Assembly (NCBI GenBank): GCA_963743305.1
Contig: CAVUPH010000013.1
Span: 230,903 to 294,902, forward strand
Direction: 5' to 3'
DNA from: an uncultured delta proteobacterium
GTDB lineage: Bacteria > Desulfobacterota > RBG-13-43-22
DNA length: 64,000 bases
The notes beneath the pieces are model-generated. The model was not told the DNA's origin and made no database searches. It saw only the letters and a program-made list of their open reading frames with translations. Position 1 is the stretch's first letter. Every line of letters begins with the position of its first letter. Positions 61,199 to 64,000 of this stretch are shown here, piece after piece. Position numbers and translations under genes: made by a program.

Positions 61199-61939
61199 AT
61201 GGATCTGAACCCCCCCTCATCCGTAACGCTGTTTATTCCCTGCCTGATGGACTCCCTTTATCCTCAGGCGGCCCAGGACCTGGTGGTCCTGCTGAGGAAG
61301 TGCGGCTTCCGGGTGGAGTATCCGAAAGCCCAGACCTGCTGCGGGCAACCGGCCTTTAACCAGGGCTATTTTGAGGTGGCCCGGAAGCTGGCCCGCCGGT
61401 TTCTGGGTATTTTCGAGTCGGCGGAGTGCCTGGTCTGCCCCTCCGGTTCCTGCACGGCCATGGTCAGGAAGCATTACCCGGAACTTCTGGCGGCGGAGCC
61501 GGTCTGGCTGGAAAAGGCCCAGGCCGTGGGGGGGAGGCTGTACGAGGCCTCCCAGTTTTTGTCGTTGTTTGTGCCGGCTTCCAGGATCAAGGCCTCTTTC
61601 CCTGGGAAGGTTACCTATCACGATTCCTGCCATTCCTTCCGTTCGTTGGGGATTTACCAGGAGCCGAGGGCGCTGCTCGCCCAGGTCAAGGGGCTGGAAC
61701 TGGTTGAAATGGCCGATTCCAAGGCCTGCTGCGGTTTCGGCGGGCTGTTTTCCCGGAGGTTTCCCGAAGTCTCGCGGGCCATCGCCGGGGAAAAGGTAAA
61801 GCAAATCCTGGCTACCGGGGCGGAATGGGTGGTCGGCAACGACCCGGGCTGCCTGATGAATATCGAGGACGGTTTGAACCGGGTCAAGTCCCCGATCAAG
61901 GTTAAACACCTCGTGGAAATATTAGCCAAAAATATATGA
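61199..61939 (+). CDS. lutA: LutA/YkgE-like CCG-domain Fe-S protein
   Basis: LFIPCL, QTCCGQPAFN, PSGSC, TYHDSCH, CCGFGGLFS, DPGCLMNI. Confidence 0.88.
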   Translation: MDLNPPSSVTLFIPCLMDSLYPQAAQDLVVLLRKCGFRVEYPKAQTCCGQPAFNQGYFEVARKLARRFLGIFESAECLVCPSGSCTAMVRKHYPELLAAEPVWLEKAQAVGGRLYEASQFLSLFVPASRIKASFPGKVTYHDSCHSFRSLGIYQEPRALLAQVKGLELVEMADSKACCGFGGLFSRRFPEVSRAIAGEKVKQILATGAEWVVGNDPGCLMNIEDGLNRVKSPIKVKHLVEILAKNI

Positions 61940-63297
61940 ACATACGAACCGAACAGTTCAAGAAACAGGCCGCCCTGGCCCTGGAAGATAAGACTATGCA
62001 GGAGGCCATTTCCCGTGCCTCCCGGCGTTTCAGCCAGAACCGGACCAAGGCCTTCGACGAGCTGCCGGAAGCCGACGACCTTCGGACCCGGGCCCACGAA
62101 ATCAAGGCCGAGGCCCTGGCGCATCTGGACGCTTACCTGGAGGAATTCACGGCCTCCGCCCAAAAGCTGGGCATTACCGTGCACCGCTCTGCGGACGGCG
62201 CCGATGCCTGCCGCTATATCGGAGACTTGGCTCAATCGAAGGGGGTCAAGATGGTGGTCAAGGGCAAATCCATGACCACCGAAGAGATCGACCTGAACCG
62301 GCACCTGGAAGGCGCTGGAATCCAGGTCTGGGAGACCGACCTGGGCGAATTTATCATCCAGTTGGCCGGGGAGGGACCTTCCCACATTATCGCCCCGGCC
62401 CTGCACAAGACCCAGCAGGAGATCGCCCTCCTTTTTAATAAAAAATTAGGGGTGCCGCTGTATGATGACCCGGAAAAGCTGACCCAGGTGGCCCGGGAAT
62501 TCCTGCGGGACAAGTATTTTCAGGCCGGTCTGGGGATCAGCGGGGCCAACTTCGCCCTGGCCCGAACCGGGACCATCGTCATCCTGGAAAACGAAGGCAA
62601 CGCCCGTTTCTCCACCACCTTCCCCCGGGTCCATGTGGCGGTGGTGGGGATTGAAAAGGTGATCCCCGGTCTAAGGGAACTGGGGGTCTTCCTGAAAACT
62701 GTTGGCCCGGAGCGCCACCGGCCAGAAATCCTCGACCTACGTTTCCCTGATCCAAGGGCCCCGCCGTCCCGGGGAGCTGGACGGTCCGGAGGAGATGCAT
62801 ATCCTCCTGCTGGACAACGGGCCGTTCCAGGTTCCGCCAGGACGACGAAATGCGGCCGTCGCTGTATTGTCTACGCTGCGGGGCCTGTTTGAATGTCTGC
62901 CCGGTTTACCAGCGGATCGGTGGTCATGCCTGACGGTTGGGTTTACAGCGGACCCATCGGGTCTCTGATGACGCCCCAGTTTTTGGGGATTCAAAGGGCC
63001 AAATACCTGCCCCTGGCCTCCACCTTATGCCGGGCCTGCGCCGACGTCTGCCCGGTCCGGATTCCCCTCCCGGATTTGCTCCTGACCCTGCGCCGGCGGA
63101 TCGTGGAGCAGCACGGTCTTTCCTGGCTGGAAAGGAAAATGATGGAGATCTGGGGGGCCTGCCAGGCAGCCGAAGCGCTACCAGGCAGCCTTTGGTCTGG
63201 CGAAGATCGGCCAGGAATTCACACCGGGCCTCCTGCCTCCAGGAGTTCACCTGCCGAGAAAAACTTTCATCGGATCTGGAAAGATGGACAGGACTGA
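61936..63297 (+). pseudogene. lutB: LutB/YkgF-like iron-sulfur protein, frameshifted after about 62700
   Basis: KGKSMTTEE, ETDLGEFIIQL, PSHIIAPALH, ENEGNAR; later frames give ARSATGQ, GPEEMH, YSGPIG and LCRACADVCPVRIP. Confidence 0.85.
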
Positions 63298-63850
63298 TTG
63301 GCTCGATCGGCTGGAGCTGGAACTCAGTGCCCTGCAGGCCCGAACCTTTCGGGCCGGGGACCCGGGCGCTTTAAAGGAAATACTACTTTCTCTATGTCGG
63401 GACTGCCCCCCTGAAGCCATCGCCCGGGAAGACCGCCCCTGGCTGGGAAAAACTGGATCTGGATTTTCCCGTTTATAAGGGGGCGGATGGGCTGCAATCG
63501 GGAAATGGGCCCTGGAAGCCCCTTCAGGGAATTACCGTGGGGATCACCGGAGTGGATTATGCCCTGGCCGAAACCGGCACCCTGGTTTCGGCTTCGGGTC
63601 AGTCGGGCGGACGAGGACTTTCCCTGGCCCCTCGCCATCATATCGCCCTGTTGCCCCTGGAACGTATTCTGCTGTCCCTGGACCGTTCCTGGATCGTTAT
63701 CCTGAGGAGGATGGCTTTTTGTCCCAGGGCAGCGCCGTGACCTTTATTTCCGGGGCCAGCCGCACGGCGGATATTGAACTGAAACCTGGTCCTCGGCGCC
63801 CACGGCCCCAAGGAATTGAGTGTCATTACCTTGTGTTTTCCGGTGGGAAT
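63284..63850 (+). pseudogene. lutC: LutC/YkgG-like LUD-domain protein, frameshifted
   Basis: GITGVDYALAETGTL, GRGLSLAP; downstream frames give FISGASRTADIE and LVLGAHGPKEL. Confidence 0.78.
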
Positions 63851-64000
63851 AGCGGGTTGACAGACTGAGGGCACCGTAGTATTAGAATAACCAAAAACAG
63901 GGTTCAAGGTCAAAGATTTCAGGGTTCGCCTGCCGGGGAGGGGTTATTCCCCTCCCGTACCCAGCCAGGCCGTCAGAACCTCCCGAGAACTATCGGAATC

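Overview
This 64-kb window is bacterial. Gene content and style point to an anaerobic Desulfobacterota/deltaproteobacterium-like organism (inference). Intact core blocks are tctCBA, treZ-treY-DUF5752-treT, tRNA-Leu(CAA)/tRNA-Ala(GGC), an enoyl-CoA hydratase, a split methylmalonyl-CoA-mutase-like pair, a carboxyltransferase with biotin carrier, a Re-citrate-synthase-like enzyme, aspS-hisS, an ECF sigma/anti-sigma pair and lutABC-like genes. These alternate with accessory blocks carrying many frameshifts: a MalT/BTAD regulator, a RAYT flanked by REPs, secreted repeat proteins, three TolB-like/TPR receptors, and a toxin-antitoxin and integrase-remnant islet beside tRNA-Leu. The strongest unexplained signal is an 8-residue motif, [LVIN]-[YFW]-L-P-[LMI]-[ILV]-[LM]-[RKN]. 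It is shared by seven otherwise unrelated signal-peptide-bearing proteins between 19.4 and 40.2 kb: at the extreme C-terminus in five, directly after the signal peptide in one and internally in one. This suggests a sorting or surface-docking system whose machinery is not identifiable in the window. Also notable are long structured 5' leaders ending in intrinsic terminators upstream of three of the accessory genes, a TPR receptor with an unfamiliar N-terminal domain next to a 20-bp palindrome, a repeat-derived C-terminal tail on HisS, and genes reduced to their two ends by internal deletion. No CRISPR array or rRNA was seen. Many frameshifts may be long-read indel errors. All family assignments are by motif recognition, not database search.
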